Shown one piece after another: positions 35,014 through 45,285 of a DNA stretch of 64,000 nucleotides. A program made the translations under genes and the position numbers. Each line of letters opens with the position of its first letter. Position 1 is the stretch's first letter. The stretch comes from Candidatus Thorarchaeota archaeon SMTZ1-45 (GTDB lineage Archaea > Asgardarchaeota > Thorarchaeia > Thorarchaeales > Thorarchaeaceae), in contig LRSL01000081.1 in NCBI GenBank assembly GCA_001563335.1, positions 1-64,000 on the forward strand, given 5' to 3'. The notes beneath the pieces were generated by a model that did no database searches, was not told the origin of the DNA, and saw nothing but the letters and a program-made list of their open reading frames with translations.

Positions 35014-37662
35014 GTGATTATTGTGCCTGTTCTACACTGTTCAAAATGTGGCTCTCGTCTTGACTTCAATAGAGCTGGAGATATTTGGACTGTGACTTGT
35101 TCTTCTTGCAATTTGGAGGTTTCAATTGGTGGAAGAAAGACTGACCTCTTTGATGCATATGAAGCATATACAACTCAAGTTCAGGCAGGTACAGCACTAG
35201 CAATGACCAATCAGCGAAAAAAGAAGTATCTTGGGTCAGGTGCTGACACACCGAGAAAGCGACGTCGGTCTGCTGATCCTGGCTCACGAGTTCAGTCCAA
35301 GGAAATAATCACAAAACTAGTGAAATCAGGTGGGGCGGATCTTAATGAACTCTTAGAGCCTCTTAGGAAACTCCTCACGAGCGGACGTGACTATCTGGTA
35401 AAATATCAGCTTATGCCTGCTTCTGATGCAGAGTATGGCATTGAAACTGATAGACTAAATATACCAACAAAGCTGAAAGAATACCTTCAAAACCGAGGTA
35501 TCACAACTCTCTACAAATTCCAAGAGGACTCATTCAATGCCATCGAGCATGGAGAGGATTTAGTAATTGCAGCACCGACTGGTCAAGGTAAGACTGAGGC
35601 ATTCATACTTCCCATAATTAGAAGGCTGCTAATCTCAGTTCGAGAATCATTTGATAATCCTGGAGTTCGAGCCTTGTTAGTGTATCCCACGAAGGCTTTG
35701 GCTCGAGACCAGTATGATAAGATCAAGCGGATGTGTGTAACCTCGAATCTCACTGTTTCAATATTTGATGGCGACGTTTCACAGAATACTCGACAGAGGA
35801 TATACGATTCTCCTCCCGATATCCTGCTAACAAATCCAGATGTTCTTCACTATCATCTTGGTTGGGCAGAATCTAGACTTGTGCCATTACTGAGAACAGT
35901 ACAATTTGTAGTCCTTGATGAGATTCACCTCTACACAGGGTCTATGGGAACAAATGTCTATTACATTCTCAAACGATTGGAACTTGAATCCGGTCGTTTT
36001 CAGAAAATCGGTGCATCAGCCACTGTTTCTAATCCAAAAGAGTTTGCAGATATCCTCTTTGACACTGACGTCAGACTTGTAGAGTCTGTGACTGCCAAAC
36101 GTGGACCAGTACACTTCATGATGTACTATCCGGGGATGAGAAGTAAGTATAGTATGATAGTTGACCTTGTCAATCAACTCCGACAGGGTGATTTCAAGAC
36201 ACTTGTTTTTGGCAACACGCATTCTGAAGCTGAAGTATTGAATATGCTCATTGGTGATACTGGTATCAAATCAATGGTTCACAGAGCTGGGTTGCCAAAG
36301 AAATATAGGAGTGAAGTTGAAGATCAATTTAGATCTGGAGACCTCCCTGTCATCGTTTCCACACCAACCCTTGAGCTTGGGATTGATATTGGTGACCTAG
36401 ATAGTGTGGTCAGTATGATTGTGTCAATAACGCGATTGACTCAACGAGTAGGCCGGGCTGGAAGGAAGGGACAAGAGAGTGTAGCTATCTTAGCCCTAAG
36501 AGAGAATGATCCCATATCTTCCTTCTATCGACATGAGCCTGAGAAATACTTCTCAGACATAGACGCAGCATATATGGAGCCAGACAATGAAGTCGTTGGT
36601 TACTACCAACTTATTGCAGCAGCTATGAGTGGAAAATTAAGCATCTCTAATTTTTCAAGACACAGAGAATTAATTGACAAGCTTGAGAATGAAGGCTTCA
36701 TTCGAATTCAAGATGGTGGAAAGGTACAGATTGTTGATTTTGACAAAGCAAGGAAAGAATGGCGTGGATACAGCATTAGAGGTATCGGAGATACTGTTCA
36801 GATTAAGACTGGGAATAAGGGACTTGGTGAACGATCAATGCCAATGGCAGCTCAAGAGCTTCATCCAGGTGCTATCTATCTCCATGGGGGGAAGAACTAC
36901 CTATCTGTAGATTTCAAGTATACTCCTGGTTTGGGACGTGCCACAGTCGTTCCACACACCAACAGGAGTGAACATACTAAGCCCCTCTACTCGACGATGC
37001 CTAGGATTATAGACATAATAGAACGAAGTAAGATTCTTGGTCTCAATGCTGTCTATTGTACACTTGAGATGACACAGACTGTTGATGGCTATGTGACAAA
37101 GGAAACCAGGACCGCTCGAGTGCTGAACAGAACAAGTCTTTCAAAGCCTCTCATCTACAAGTATCGAACTCGTGGTTTTGCTTTCACAGCTCCTGAACCA
37201 GTCAAGGCAGTCAACAACCAGACTTCTGGAGAGTTGCGTGCATTGAAGGGTCCTCGAATGGGTCCAGCTGAATTGTATGGTGGCGCTTTTCATGCACTTG
37301 AACATGTACTAATTGAGTCTAGTGACATGCTTACTGGTGGTGGCACACGTGAGATAGGAGGCGTTTCCATGGGTGACTCAGGGATTATTTTCGTTTATGA
37401 TGGAAGCCCTGGGGGAAATGGTGCCTCTAAACTATTGTTCACAAAGCTTGATGAAGCATTCCGAAGGGCAAAGACAATTCTTGAGAAGTGCGACTGTGAT
37501 ACCATAGACGGGTGTCCTCTGTGCACGTATTCATACCATTGCGGTAATAATAACAGTCCCCTATTCAAATTAGGAGCGCTTGAAAGCATCCACAAAATCC
37601 TCGAAAAAGTTGAAACAACAGTTGATATCGAGGGATACATTGGCTACCAACCCCTTGTCTAA
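35014..37662 (+). CDS. DEAH-box helicase, Hrq1/MrfA family (DUF1998), with N-terminal Zn ribbon
   Basis: PTGQGKT, PTKALA.DQ, TNPD, DEIH, SAT, LELGIDIG, QRVGRAGR, VYDG.PGGNG, CDC...GCPLC....C. Confidence 0.92.
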   Translation: MIIVPVLHCSKCGSRLDFNRAGDIWTVTCSSCNLEVSIGGRKTDLFDAYEAYTTQVQAGTALAMTNQRKKKYLGSGADTPRKRRRSADPGSRVQSKEIITKLVKSGGADLNELLEPLRKLLTSGRDYLVKYQLMPASDAEYGIETDRLNIPTKLKEYLQNRGITTLYKFQEDSFNAIEHGEDLVIAAPTGQGKTEAFILPIIRRLLISVRESFDNPGVRALLVYPTKALARDQYDKIKRMCVTSNLTVSIFDGDVSQNTRQRIYDSPPDILLTNPDVLHYHLGWAESRLVPLLRTVQFVVLDEIHLYTGSMGTNVYYILKRLELESGRFQKIGASATVSNPKEFADILFDTDVRLVESVTAKRGPVHFMMYYPGMRSKYSMIVDLVNQLRQGDFKTLVFGNTHSEAEVLNMLIGDTGIKSMVHRAGLPKKYRSEVEDQFRSGDLPVIVSTPTLELGIDIGDLDSVVSMIVSITRLTQRVGRAGRKGQESVAILALRENDPISSFYRHEPEKYFSDIDAAYMEPDNEVVGYYQLIAAAMSGKLSISNFSRHRELIDKLENEGFIRIQDGGKVQIVDFDKARKEWRGYSIRGIGDTVQIKTGNKGLGERSMPMAAQELHPGAIYLHGGKNYLSVDFKYTPGLGRATVVPHTNRSEHTKPLYSTMPRIIDIIERSKILGLNAVYCTLEMTQTVDGYVTKETRTARVLNRTSLSKPLIYKYRTRGFAFTAPEPVKAVNNQTSGELRALKGPRMGPAELYGGAFHALEHVLIESSDMLTGGGTREIGGVSMGDSGIIFVYDGSPGGNGASKLLFTKLDEAFRRAKTILEKCDCDTIDGCPLCTYSYHCGNNNSPLFKLGALESIHKILEKVETTVDIEGYIGYQPLV

Positions 37663-37677
37663 TGAGGTGAATAGTAA

Positions 37678-39600
37678 ATGGCTGAGTTTCGTGTAGGTCG
37701 TGGTCATGATGGTCCCGCCCGCGTGGGTGAGTATATTCTAGGACCTACAACATATGCAACACCTCTCTTGACCTCATCATTCACCTCCAGTGATTCCATC
37801 ATTTCATATGGGACCCAAGGTCGTGACGAACCTTTTTCAAAGAAACCAATGTTGATCGCACTTCCTTTCACCAGTCATTTCAATGATTTTCCTCTATCAA
37901 ATGTCCGAGAATCTGACGCAATTATCCTGCCATCTTTGATCTCACTTGCAGCCATAAGTCATGAATCCCCTGGCTTAGTCCTTGACCTTCAACATGACGT
38001 TCTTTCAAGACTCACAAAAGATATTGATCCATCTAGGACCATTATTCGTATCCCCTCTGAGTTGAACCCTGAATCAATTACAAACTCACACAACTTTGGT
38101 TCTCATGGTGCCGCATTTTCTTTCAATGGCCTACTAGGTTCTAATGACTTTGGTGCCATTCACCTTCGAACTCGTCTGCCTCTCTTCATGCTTGCACTTG
38201 CCCTAGGCCGAATTGAACCAGGACTCATTCCACTCCTTTTCTACGTCGGGTTTGACATCATTGACATCGGTCACGCAGAGGAAGCTGCTGCAAAAAAGCT
38301 CAGGTTGTGGAAAAACGGTTCTGAGAGGATAGAGCTTGGAAAAGAACGTCGCTATTGTTCATGCCCCGCCTGTGAGAAGCTTGACAATGCTACGCCAGAA
38401 GCCCTACAGGGTATTATTCTAGAACATAATCTTGGAATCTACAAATCTATTCTTTCTGAGTCAAAGGATGCAATGAGATCCGGTCGTTTACGATGGCTAG
38501 TGGAGAGTTCTACTCACAACTCTCCCGCACAAGCCTCTCTCATACGGCTGGTCAATAGAGAACTCTACCCCTTTATTGAAGAATTCTCTCCCACAACAGG
38601 ACCAGATGCCTTACCAGTGATTGGGTCCGAATCTTACAATGCTCCAGTAGTACAAAGGTTTAGAGATTATGTAGCAAATAGATATGCTGCTCCTGATAAC
38701 AAACCAATCATTCTCCTGCTACCTTGCTCTGCGAAGAAACCCTATTCTGACTCAAAGTCTCACAGAAAATTCTCTGCTGTAATTGAATCAGCAATGAGTG
38801 GAATGGAATCTAGAGTGGCTCAAGTTATACTTACCTCACCACTTGGACTAGTCCCTCGAGAACTTGAAAGAATCTATCCTGCTGGCCAATATGACATACC
38901 TGTGACTGGCGATTGGGATACAGAAGAAATCGCAATTGGTGCCAACGCCCTCATTACCCACCTAAACAAATTCCCTATTTCTTCAGTTGTCATAGCACAT
39001 GTGTCTGGAGGTTATCTGGACATAGTCCGAGCTGCGGAACCAAGAATTGCACAAAGTCTGATCTATACGACACATGAGAATCGAGCAACAAGTCGTGAGT
39101 CACTAAATGCATTACAGGAAACGCTAATCGAACTCAAAGAGATTCTCTCTATATCTGGTGGACCTAGAACTGAATTGGAAGAGATTGTTACCGCTACAGC
39201 AGATTATCAGTTCGGAGCTAGGGCTGGTAAAGTATTAGTCCCTGAACATGCAAAACTCAGGGGAAAGCCATACAAGCAAATCATCTGTAGTTTAAATGAG
39301 GATCAAATCTGTTCCTATGTGGCTGAGAGTGGCACACTATCACTGACACTTGCTGGAGGAAAACTTCTTGCTCCACTAAATCGTTATTGGGTCCGTCTTG
39401 AGGCTCCAAAAGTCAAGGGTGGATCCGTCTTTGCGGTGGGTATACAAAAGGCTGATTTTACCATTCGTCCTGGTGATGAAGTCGTTGTCATTAACGAATC
39501 CAATGATGTTATTGCTGTAGGTCGAAGTGAGATGTCTGGCCGTGAGATGTGCGAGTTACCACGAGGTAGAGCTGTAACTGTTCGTCATAAAAAGGAGTGA
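37678..39600 (+). CDS. arcS: Archaeosine synthase alpha subunit
   Basis: DGPARVG, CSCPAC, LPCSAKKPYSDSKSH, TSPLGLVPRELE..YP...YDIPVTG.W, C-terminal PUA domain. Confidence 0.93.
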   Translation: MAEFRVGRGHDGPARVGEYILGPTTYATPLLTSSFTSSDSIISYGTQGRDEPFSKKPMLIALPFTSHFNDFPLSNVRESDAIILPSLISLAAISHESPGLVLDLQHDVLSRLTKDIDPSRTIIRIPSELNPESITNSHNFGSHGAAFSFNGLLGSNDFGAIHLRTRLPLFMLALALGRIEPGLIPLLFYVGFDIIDIGHAEEAAAKKLRLWKNGSERIELGKERRYCSCPACEKLDNATPEALQGIILEHNLGIYKSILSESKDAMRSGRLRWLVESSTHNSPAQASLIRLVNRELYPFIEEFSPTTGPDALPVIGSESYNAPVVQRFRDYVANRYAAPDNKPIILLLPCSAKKPYSDSKSHRKFSAVIESAMSGMESRVAQVILTSPLGLVPRELERIYPAGQYDIPVTGDWDTEEIAIGANALITHLNKFPISSVVIAHVSGGYLDIVRAAEPRIAQSLIYTTHENRATSRESLNALQETLIELKEILSISGGPRTELEEIVTATADYQFGARAGKVLVPEHAKLRGKPYKQIICSLNEDQICSYVAESGTLSLTLAGGKLLAPLNRYWVRLEAPKVKGGSVFAVGIQKADFTIRPGDEVVVINESNDVIAVGRSEMSGREMCELPRGRAVTVRHKKE

Positions 39601-39609
39601 AAGAGAGGT

Positions 39610-40692
39610 ATGGAAGTAACTCTTAGACAAATCAATGAAGTTGTTCAACAAGCCACTCTACAGGCTCGAGGAAGTTCACTCAGAAAGAGAAAGAAAAGAA
39701 ATCCAATACAACCCTCTGCGAAGTGGACAGCACCCGCCAGAGTTGGTAGAGAACAAGGAACTGCACTTGCAGTTGTCTTGTCAACCATAGGATGTGCGCA
39801 TGCACGGAGTGATGCAGGAGGTTGCACAATGTGTAGCTATCTCCTAGATGGTACACAAGAAAAGCCAACTTCCGAAGAGATAGTTGCCCAATTCAAATTT
39901 GCAATTTTGGAGCTAGACATGAAAGAAGCTCCATTATCAGTCAAAATCTACACTAGTGGTAGTTTTTTGGATGATGAAGAAGTCCCATCAGAGGCAAGAT
40001 TCAAGATTCTGAATTTAATATCAAAAGATGAGAGGATACGTGAAGTAGTGCTTGAATCTCGACCAGAATATGTCAATGATATGAATCTATCAGATATTCG
40101 AGAGGCACTTGGTGATAGAACTATTGAGATTGGGATGGGGCTCGAAAGTGCAAGTGATGCAGTTCGTTCAGTTTGCGTAAACAAAAATTTCGACTTGAAA
40201 ATATTCAGCAATGCTCTGAAGACCGCTAAGAAATTCAATATTGGCACTCGTGCTTATGTGTTACTCAAGCCACCTTTTCTTACAGAACGTGATGCACTTC
40301 TTGATGCTATCTCAACAATACAAGAAGCACAAACATTGGGGGTCACAACTGTTTCTCTTAATCCAGTCAATGTACAGAGGGATACACTAGTTGAGAAGCT
40401 CTGGACACGAGGCAATTACAGACCACCTTGGTTATGGAGTGTTCTTGAAGTACTTCGTGAAGCTACAAGTATCTCTGATCGGTGGATGAAGATTGTCTGT
40501 GATCCTGTAGGGGGAGGAAAGAGAAGAGGTGCACACAATTGTGGTAAGTGTGATAGTGAAATACTAGATGCAATTCGAGAATTCTCATTGAGTCAAAACT
40601 CTTCTTTGCTGGATAATCTGAGTTGTGACTGTATCAATCAGTGGAAACATGTCCTGACACACGAAGACTTCTCTCTAGTGGCTCATAGATGA
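39610..40692 (+). CDS. Archaeosine biosynthesis radical SAM protein RaSEA
   Basis: GC...GGCTMC, KIYTSGSFLD..EVP, ESRPEYV, LLKPPFL, YRPPWLWS, RGAHNCGKCD; adjacent to arcS. Confidence 0.93.
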   Translation: MEVTLRQINEVVQQATLQARGSSLRKRKKRNPIQPSAKWTAPARVGREQGTALAVVLSTIGCAHARSDAGGCTMCSYLLDGTQEKPTSEEIVAQFKFAILELDMKEAPLSVKIYTSGSFLDDEEVPSEARFKILNLISKDERIREVVLESRPEYVNDMNLSDIREALGDRTIEIGMGLESASDAVRSVCVNKNFDLKIFSNALKTAKKFNIGTRAYVLLKPPFLTERDALLDAISTIQEAQTLGVTTVSLNPVNVQRDTLVEKLWTRGNYRPPWLWSVLEVLREATSISDRWMKIVCDPVGGGKRRGAHNCGKCDSEILDAIREFSLSQNSSLLDNLSCDCINQWKHVLTHEDFSLVAHR

Positions 40693-40770
40693 AATATGTG
40701 TCTTATGAAAAAGGTCATAAAGAATATCAAGTGGCGGTGCCATGTTTTGAATAATCTGGAGTGATTGATA

Positions 40771-41118
40771 ATGGCTCGATATGTAACCCGAGTGTCTGTT
40801 TGGTTCTATAGTGAAGGAGCCTCACCTTCTCAGGTGATGAGCAAGCTCCTTGATCTTGGCTTTAAACCTGTCAGAGGGGCATATGATTTCGTATATGAAC
40901 ACAATAATGAAAACATGACTGAAGCGGACCTTGGAAGTGCTATTATTGAGATTTCAAATGCATTACATAAAACACTCTCAGGGTTCAAGGTTTTTTACAA
41001 TCTAGATACGAGTCTTTCCAATGGGGAGGATGATTATGCCCCACTCGAAGATATCGATGCTGAGTTAGAAGAAACTCGAAAAGCACTTGAGGAGATTGAG
41101 AACGAAACTAAATTGTGA
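40771..41118 (+). CDS. Conserved archaeal hypothetical protein
   Basis: SEGASPS.V...L...GF....G.YDFVY motif recalled from other archaeal hypotheticals. Confidence 0.75.
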   Translation: MARYVTRVSVWFYSEGASPSQVMSKLLDLGFKPVRGAYDFVYEHNNENMTEADLGSAIIEISNALHKTLSGFKVFYNLDTSLSNGEDDYAPLEDIDAELEETRKALEEIENETKL

Positions 41119-41127
41119 TTTTTCGGA

Positions 41128-41153
41128 ATGGGTGAGTTGTTTTTCTCACCCAT
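41128..41153. terminator. Hairpin between convergent genes
   Basis: ATGGGTGAG/CTCACCCAT 9-bp stem with a T-rich loop. Confidence 0.55.
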
Positions 41154-41172
41154 CCTTTATAATCCGATTCTA

Positions 41173-42954
41173 CTAGATTGATGTAACTTCAGGTTCGCGG
41201 CGTTCGTACTCACCCTCCCCTTGTACTATGACCCTAAGTTTTTTCTTGTCTCCAGGATTCATTCGAGTCCAAGTCCATACCATTTTTGAACCATCAGAAA
41301 CAGCTGAAACCTCAGGAGCATCCTCCTCTGGATCTGTGGATACATAATCGAATCCCGAAGGAATCCAGTCGGAAACCTGAATGTTTTCAGCGGTCACCTC
41401 ACCACTATTAGTAACTACAAGCACTACGATATACTCTCCAGCGCCTACTCCTTTGTTTATAGCTTTCTTTGTTGAGATCGCCCGTTTCTTGTAGATTACT
41501 CCAAGCTTATGTCCATCCTCTGGACTTCCTACGATTGCTGGTACCCCTGCAGGCTCTGTATTCGCTGTACAGGTGACTGGTGAAGGATATTCCTTCTCAG
41601 GTCGACTTCGCCACGCCATTATAGCATAGTTGATTTTGATGCTTTCACCAGGCTCTAATTCTCCAACTGTATTTCTGAGGTCTTCTAATCTGAACGATAT
41701 TTTATGAGGTTTCTCTGGATCTTGGTCTTCAGGATCTATTACAAACTCGAAGGGTCCCGTGTACTCTTCGTTTCTAATCCAAACAGTGACATGCTCACTA
41801 GTTGGAGGCATGACATCATCTGGTAGATTATCCTCAATAGTGATCTCATTTATTTTTGCAGATCCATTGTTAGTCACTTCAATTGTGACCTCAACTGGTG
41901 TCTTGTCAAAGCTACTTACCGAAGGTGGGTCGAATGTCTTTTCATAATCAATACTATAAACTGGAATCTCTTGAGGTACTTTCTTAATTGTTCCAAGTAC
42001 TCTCTTTTTGATCTCTCTAGCAGGTGTGTATATGATGTCTTGTGTGCATTTTGGAGTTGACTTGCTTTCGACCTCAAAGCTTGAAGTCCACTCTTGATTT
42101 GGTTCCAATTCAATGCCAGGAGTTTCCTCTATCATCTTCTGTTTCTCGCTACCGTCCTCGGGAGTGAGATAGACCTCTGCTTTGTCCAACCTGACAATTA
42201 AGTCGCTTTCATTTGAACATTCCAGTGTGCATTGCCATTGATTTGGTTCTGTTTCAGCAGTTTCGATTCCAGTCAGAAATTCAGTAAGTGCTGTCAGGTC
42301 AGGATTTAGATTGGATCTTTGTTGGTCTTCGCCTCTATAAGTGATGACAACATCTCCAGCTCCCTTGGGTTCCGTATCGTCGACATATCCTCTTGCTCGT
42401 AGAACAAGTGATGAGGATTCGTGTGGATAGACTACAAAGTCCTTCCAGACTACTTGTTTAGTTCCTTCATCATATTCTGCGTTACCTGACTTTACAGACA
42501 TAATTTCAATATTGGAGAGTTCTGGAGGAATTGTCTTATTGAGAATGATATTGTCAATTTCTCCATCTGTTTCATTGGTGATAGTTAATGTAATCTTAAC
42601 AGGATTTTCCTTATCTTTAACATATGCCCAGTGAGGTTCATCTGTTTCAATTGTACCACATGTATCAAACACTTCTTTGAAGGTCAATATTGGTGATTCT
42701 ACATTAAGACCATAGTTGGCCTCCCACTTTCCACCGACATCTATCTCACCAGCGACAAGTTTTTCGTCACCAATATCTGTTGCACCACGCGTTTCACCAA
42801 GGTGGACTTTTACATTCCAGATACGGCTCCTCTCTGACACATTATTAACGCTTAGAACACCCGAAGCATCAATACTATTCAGCTCAGATCGTTCTCCAAG
42901 CTTAACCTTCTCTGACTCTTCGAGGTCAATTACGATTTTTTTTCTTTCACTCAT
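41173..42954 (-). CDS. Acidic all-beta protein: mu-homology-like N-terminus plus Ig/DUF11-like repeats
   Basis: No signal peptide; repeated (V/I)TN.G/T..I.I.D..P units; GNAEYDEGTKQVVWK. Confidence 0.75.
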   Translation of the reverse strand: MSERKKIVIDLEESEKVKLGERSELNSIDASGVLSVNNVSERSRIWNVKVHLGETRGATDIGDEKLVAGEIDVGGKWEANYGLNVESPILTFKEVFDTCGTIETDEPHWAYVKDKENPVKITLTITNETDGEIDNIILNKTIPPELSNIEIMSVKSGNAEYDEGTKQVVWKDFVVYPHESSSLVLRARGYVDDTEPKGAGDVVITYRGEDQQRSNLNPDLTALTEFLTGIETAETEPNQWQCTLECSNESDLIVRLDKAEVYLTPEDGSEKQKMIEETPGIELEPNQEWTSSFEVESKSTPKCTQDIIYTPAREIKKRVLGTIKKVPQEIPVYSIDYEKTFDPPSVSSFDKTPVEVTIEVTNNGSAKINEITIEDNLPDDVMPPTSEHVTVWIRNEEYTGPFEFVIDPEDQDPEKPHKISFRLEDLRNTVGELEPGESIKINYAIMAWRSRPEKEYPSPVTCTANTEPAGVPAIVGSPEDGHKLGVIYKKRAISTKKAINKGVGAGEYIVVLVVTNSGEVTAENIQVSDWIPSGFDYVSTDPEEDAPEVSAVSDGSKMVWTWTRMNPGDKKKLRVIVQGEGEYERREPEVTSI

Positions 42955-43026
42955 TCAATGCACACTCATTGTTTTACACTTGTTTTTAGGATCTTCTGGT
43001 TCTAGTGCCAACCTTGCAGGAAGACA

Positions 43027-43740
43027 TTAGTCTAGCTCGTATCTAAACTCGTTTCCTGCCGCCCAGAAAACTTTCAGGACTTGGCCCGGTTCTAAAATCA
43101 CTGGAGAAATTCCTTGACCAAACTGCTGAATATATTTGGAGAATTTCTTCGGATCCTCCTCTGATGACCATCTCATAGGTACTCCAACGCGTGGTTTAGC
43201 ATCAATGCATAGACTAACTGCGTCTTTTACCTGAAAGACACCATCACCACCAACTGGAACTATAAGTACATCCATATCGAATTGCTCGAATGGACCACGT
43301 ATCACTGCATCACCAAGATATCCTACTTTCATGTCTCCAATCTCAATATACAATCCGAGATTTTCAATTCGTCCACCTTCTCCCTCATCGATTCTTGAAA
43401 GAGCATAGGGTGTAATCTTCAAATCTGGTATCTCGTAGGGGACTTCAGATTCGAGAATATGAACTAACCACGGTTTGACTCCTTTTTCAGAAGCTTTGTC
43501 AGCGGCTCCCTGATTGCCTAAGAACCATGCTTTTGAATTGACTGCGATTGTTGCTGCGTTTCCGACCGCATCTTCAGATTGATTCGTAGCAATAACTATT
43601 CTCGCACCAAAATCATCAGGAACGACTGGTTCTTCATTCCAAATTCCTGGATTTAGGAGAACAGTCATTTCATTATACTCGAGTGCGAATGAAGTCTTTC
43701 CAAAGTACACTATTTTGAGCAACGAATCACATCCCGTCAA
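43027..43740 (-). CDS. MBL-fold protein (UPF0173-like), degenerate metal site
   Basis: KIVYFGKTSF, GYLGD, DVLIVPVGG, PMRW; HxHxDH replaced by NQSEDA. Confidence 0.78.
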   Translation of the reverse strand: MTGCDSLLKIVYFGKTSFALEYNEMTVLLNPGIWNEEPVVPDDFGARIVIATNQSEDAVGNAATIAVNSKAWFLGNQGAADKASEKGVKPWLVHILESEVPYEIPDLKITPYALSRIDEGEGGRIENLGLYIEIGDMKVGYLGDAVIRGPFEQFDMDVLIVPVGGDGVFQVKDAVSLCIDAKPRVGVPMRWSSEEDPKKFSKYIQQFGQGISPVILEPGQVLKVFWAAGNEFRYELD

Positions 43741-43969
43741 ATTACACTGGCACGGTCAAACCAGAATGACTGCTGCACTACTATCGTTGAGCTTGTCATT
43801 AATAAGCTAATTTCTAACCTATGCGGAGTTCTTTGTCGAACTATAAATTCAGAGCATATTTCCGCTGCTTCTTAAGAGGGCTCTGATCCGCCGAGTGCTA
43901 TCTTTTTATGACTCTGACAGGACAGTGATTTAGAGGTCCTGCAAATCCTGAGGAATTATAGAGAGTGAG

Positions 43970-45271
43970 TTGGATTCTATGTTAGATAAGATTCTCACTG
44001 AAAATTTCAGAAGAACACTAAAGCTCGTCTTTACTGACATTCAAAATCAGCAGGACCGACGCGATGAACAGGAGTTTGCTAAGGATGAAGTCCGCATCAA
44101 AGATCGTCTTTTGGACACATTCATATCATACAGTCCTGATGTGATTTTAAATAACGATTTCCGCATCGCTGCAATTGATGGGTCCGGTTCTGACAGTCTT
44201 ATGACCCTTGATGACATTCGTATCCATTTCATTAGTACTTCAACCGTAGTGGTGGACACAAACACACGATCTGAAAACCTGTTTTCACCAATAGACCGAG
44301 ATAGACTGGAACACGAACTGGGTGAACAACCACATATAGACCTTCATTGGCATTCTGGAGTCCGTAATGATGCCCGTGACAAGCTGGCTGAAACTCTCGC
44401 AAATATTTATCCATTGAAAGATGTCACAAGTCTTACTCTGCCATTTTTCCAAGATTACACAAAGGGAAAGATCTCCTCGTTTTCGGATTTTAGTGAAACG
44501 GAATATGAGAAGCATATTCCACGTCTACGAGAGATGGAATCATTGATCTCAAGAGAGCAATTATTGACAAATCCGACTGTTCATGAAGAGATAAGAAAAA
44601 CTAGTGAATATGCAGCAGCACGTAAAGTATTGATGAGCGATATAAATCCAAAGTATCTCCTCTTGGATGGAGCAATGTCTGTATTCATGCATTTTGTACG
44701 ACACTTTCCATCAATGCCCAGTGGATTCATGCTTAGAGACTTATGTGCACTCGCACGACAGAAGGAAGTTGTATTGTGTGCTGTAAGCAAGAACCATACA
44801 ATCCCTTTTGCTCATCGAATTGCGAATTTGGCAAGAGATGCTTTTGGAGGTAGTGCAAAGTGGTTCTGTCACCTTCCCAGCAGTGAAGACCCCGAGGGAG
44901 GTCTCCATATTTATGATGATCGAACCTATATCCCTCCAATATTGGCAGTGCCTTACCTATACAGCTTCTCTCGCGATAATAGACCTTCAAGAATTGATTT
45001 TGATAGAATTTGGTGGCTTGAGAACATATTTGTTCCAGGTGACCCTGAGGCCACCCGTACTAATGAAAAGGCACTCTTTGCTGAACTCGAGTTCATGTCA
45101 AGAGATGCTCGGTGGTACGGATACCCCGTACCTCTTGCCTTGGCTCACGAGTCATGCAAATTAAGTTATGAAGATTTACGACTAGCAAAAGAAGTGTGCA
45201 TGGATGTTAGAGCTGAAATGAATTTGGAACGACGAGATGCACAACCACTCCGTGCAGATTATGACTTATAA
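43970..45271 (+). CDS. nurA: DNA double-strand break repair nuclease NurA
   Basis: AAIDGS, LLLDG, AVSK, GYPVPLALAH. Confidence 0.9.
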   Translation: MDSMLDKILTENFRRTLKLVFTDIQNQQDRRDEQEFAKDEVRIKDRLLDTFISYSPDVILNNDFRIAAIDGSGSDSLMTLDDIRIHFISTSTVVVDTNTRSENLFSPIDRDRLEHELGEQPHIDLHWHSGVRNDARDKLAETLANIYPLKDVTSLTLPFFQDYTKGKISSFSDFSETEYEKHIPRLREMESLISREQLLTNPTVHEEIRKTSEYAAARKVLMSDINPKYLLLDGAMSVFMHFVRHFPSMPSGFMLRDLCALARQKEVVLCAVSKNHTIPFAHRIANLARDAFGGSAKWFCHLPSSEDPEGGLHIYDDRTYIPPILAVPYLYSFSRDNRPSRIDFDRIWWLENIFVPGDPEATRTNEKALFAELEFMSRDARWYGYPVPLALAHESCKLSYEDLRLAKEVCMDVRAEMNLERRDAQPLRADYDL

Positions 45272-45285
45272 CCGAGGAAAACACA

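Noticed and set aside
37678-38500. Degenerate TGT-like N-terminus of ArcS as a further pseudoenzyme
   Set aside because: Normal for ArcS; the arcS-RaSEA pair is an established pathway
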